DNA from: Schmidtea nova
Taxonomy: Eukaryota
NCBI GenBank assembly: GCA_044892505.1
Contig: CM097883.1
Location: 216,690,001 to 216,754,000 of the forward strand
Direction of reading: 5' to 3'
DNA: 64,000 nucleotides
Position numbers and translations under genes: made by a program. The stretch's first letter is position 1; the number at the start of each line of letters is the position of its first letter. Positions 61,441 through 64,000 of this stretch are shown here, in pieces. The notes under the pieces are model-generated. The model was not told where the DNA came from, searched no databases, and saw only the letters and a list, made by a program, of their open reading frames with translations.

Positions 61441-62679
61441 AGTAGAAGCGAAAATATAATAAAGAAAATCTGGGGAAGATTTAGAAGATTTACCATATTT
61501 GTAGCAGGCTGTTCAGGCTGTTCAGGCATTTACGCCATAATAATAGTTACACCTGGTTTTGTTCGATAAAAGTATATCTATAATATAAAAAATAAATAAC
61601 CAATAGAAAATGATAATTTACGTTGAAGTTAACAGTTGAATTTACGTCGTTTAAAAGTTTTAGTATGTGGTAGACAATCTTTGAGAAAAACTAAATTATG
61701 CACACAAACACAAACACAATGAAAATTGCATGCAGACTTTTAAGGACACATTTTTTTACGCGTTTAAAAGTCCTATAATTAATTTATTTTTTTTTAAATA
61801 TGATTTTTAGGTAAATTTTTGGAATATTTTCTAAGGGAGTTGTCTAGAAAATGGATAAATAACATCGTAAGTTTTATTTTAATATAAAATTTCATATATT
61901 TCCAAAATTTATTTGGTAAAATTTTCCTATTTTCAGTAGCCAAAAAATAATTCCGTCTAATTATTTTCAAATTATAGACAATTAAATATATTTACACTGC
62001 AATTTGGATCATTTTGAAGTCTCATATAATACAGGACGATAAAATTTGGCAATTCTTGAAATAAAAAATTAAGCTTAATTAAATTATTTCTTGGAATATC
62101 CAAAAAAATATTTCAAAATTAGAAATAATTATAATAATTATTAATTAAAAATGATTTTTTAACTTACGTTAAATGAAAATAATTCCCAAAAAAATGTTTA
62201 AAAAAATCATAATTTCCTAGAAAGTATTTAATAATTAATAAAAATAAGTGAAGAACAAATATAATGGAATTTCATTAATAAACTATTGTTAAAAAATATT
62301 TTTACTTACGTTTAATGTAAAATACTTCCAAAAAAATTCATAAAAAATCATATTTTCCTAAAAGCTAATAAATTTAAAATAAAATAATATTGAAGAATAT
62401 AGATAAACTTTCAAAGCTTCTATAGTGATCTTAAATCATTGTAAAATCAAAATAGAAACCTTAAAAGATATCTAAATAAATAAAATTACCTGATAGCTAT
62501 TTTTAAAAAATGGCTAAATGAAAAATAAATGGCTAAATAAAAATGTAACTATGAGTAACAAGTAGATGTACACACCTACTTGTATCATAGTTACTTTTAA
62601 ACAACGAAAACATGTGTATAAAAAATTATAATTTCACAACTCATATCCACATACAACATATTCAAGATCGGAGGATTAT

Positions 62680-63350
62680 CTTGGAAACTGCTTCTAGAAA
62701 TGTGCCCTATGTGCGCAGAGTTCGCATTATTCAGAAATTATCATAAAGAAATTAGAAAAATCAATAAGAGAAATTTAATCAAACATGAGATAGTACGAGA
62801 AATAAATCAGAATTATAGTCATCGAGAAGAAAACAATTCTGACGAGGGAGGTAATCAAGAGGATAACCTAGCCTAAAAGATACTCTCTCATAGACCACTC
62901 AATAAAAATCTATTTTTCAAAAAAATCCGAAAATTTTAACTTTCAAAGAGAAGAAAAATTCAATTTTCTGAGGAATACATACTACCTTTTCAATCAAACA
63001 AGCAAATAATTCCGTAGGAAATAGAGACGGGAATCGAAGACCCCGAGATATTTCTGACAATGGATGAATCCTTAACAAATGACGCAGAAGGTCGAATCTT
63101 TACCCCAAATGGGATCAGCTCGGAACAATCAGATACCAAGTTATCCATTTAACACATTAGAACAATTGAAGAACTTATATGGTTTAAAACGAGGAACAAA
63201 AACTGAGAGAAAACATGTTAGGAATTTCAACAATTTGTATGGTTAAATCAAGTAACCTGAAAAACAAACCAACAATCAAAATCAAAATAAACAGGCACAC
63301 GGTGTATGCGCTAATTGATTCTGGCTCAGATCTAACGATGATCCACGATG
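62680..63350 (+). pseudogene. LTR-retroelement gag (zinc-knuckle remnant) and aspartic protease fragment
   Basis: KCALCAQSSHYSE; KPTIKIKINRHTVYALIDSGSDLTMIH. Confidence 0.6.
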
Positions 63351-63359
63351 ATCTAACGT

Positions 63360-63920
63360 GCATCCATTTTTATTCGCAAGCTTAAACTCCAGCATATCAT
63401 CGCAAACTCAATTCGGGGTCTGATGTGTAGACGAAATTCGTGTTTCGGGGATAAATCCGTTTATTCACCGTTTTCTTATTTAATGGTTGGAATTCATAAT
63501 TTTAAAATTCTTGTATATTTTTCTATTTATTAAAAGTTACTTAAATTTAGTTAATCACCTAAACCTAGTGTTTATCTTGCTTTAAAACTTATATTTAAAT
63601 TTTATCAAAAAATTTAACGCTAAGAATTTAAATTATCGCCGAGGCCTTAGTAACGACTTTGATTCCGTTTAACTTTCCCTTTACAGTTTTCAAATATCGC
63701 ATTTTGGGGTTTTTAACTTGATTTAATTTTCTCAATTAAAAATTTTTCTATCAATTAAAATTAAACAAGAATTCAAAATAAAAATTTAGTTATTATTGAG
63801 TATTTTTAAATTACTCTTGTTTAAAATAATTTTAAAAAATCAACCTCAAACAAACGCAATTTGATTGGTTGTTTTATTATGGGTAATATTTGTGATAGTA
63901 AAATTTATTGATTTTACTAA
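63360..63920 (+). repeat. Second copy of the dispersed repeat at 11200-11780
   Basis: Collinear conserved blocks as listed for 11200-11780. Confidence 0.75.
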
Positions 63921-64000
63921 TTACTCGCCCACGTCGAACTCCTTTCACCGAGAAAAAAATCCTGGCGTAAACGTAAGTAATTTACTCCTTCTCATTTATT

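Noticed and set aside
62545-62595. Short imperfect hairpin ending CACACCTACT as partner end for 53672
   Set aside because: No TSD match and no extended TIR similarity

Overview
This is a very AT-rich, gapped (8 N-runs) eukaryotic genome window. Short 41-56 bp introns, gene content and TE types suggest an invertebrate, possibly a planarian-like flatworm (inference only). Two host genes could be reconstructed exon by exon on the + strand: amidophosphoribosyltransferase (PPAT, 5 exons, 28906-46615) and, at most ~320 bp downstream, mitochondrial translation initiation factor 2 (MTIF2, 46934-53192, start in a gap). The rest is mostly mobile DNA. (1) An 8,867-bp Polinton/Maverick-derived element (11994-20860) has AGTAGGT termini, a perfect 6-bp TSD (TACCAT) and 1,505-bp near-identical TIRs that duplicate the 3' end of its only gene. 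That gene is a protein-primed DNA polymerase B with three predicted spliceosomal introns at its 5' end and an adjacent 11 x 144-bp CACGTG array. (2) A second, non-autonomous element with the same terminus type and a RING cargo gene lies in PPAT intron 2 (32544-37638), with a Helitron fragment nested inside. (3) An intronless minus-strand gene cluster (1-8109) encodes a ubiquitin-like/retropepsin/ankyrin protein, a coiled-coil protein and an IAP-type RING protein. (4) The window also holds large inverted repeats, Penelope-like elements with minimal hammerhead-type motifs, mariner, hAT and pogo remnants or MITEs, and a decayed gB-like env plus gag-protease retroelement remnant. All calls were made by eye; no database searches were run.
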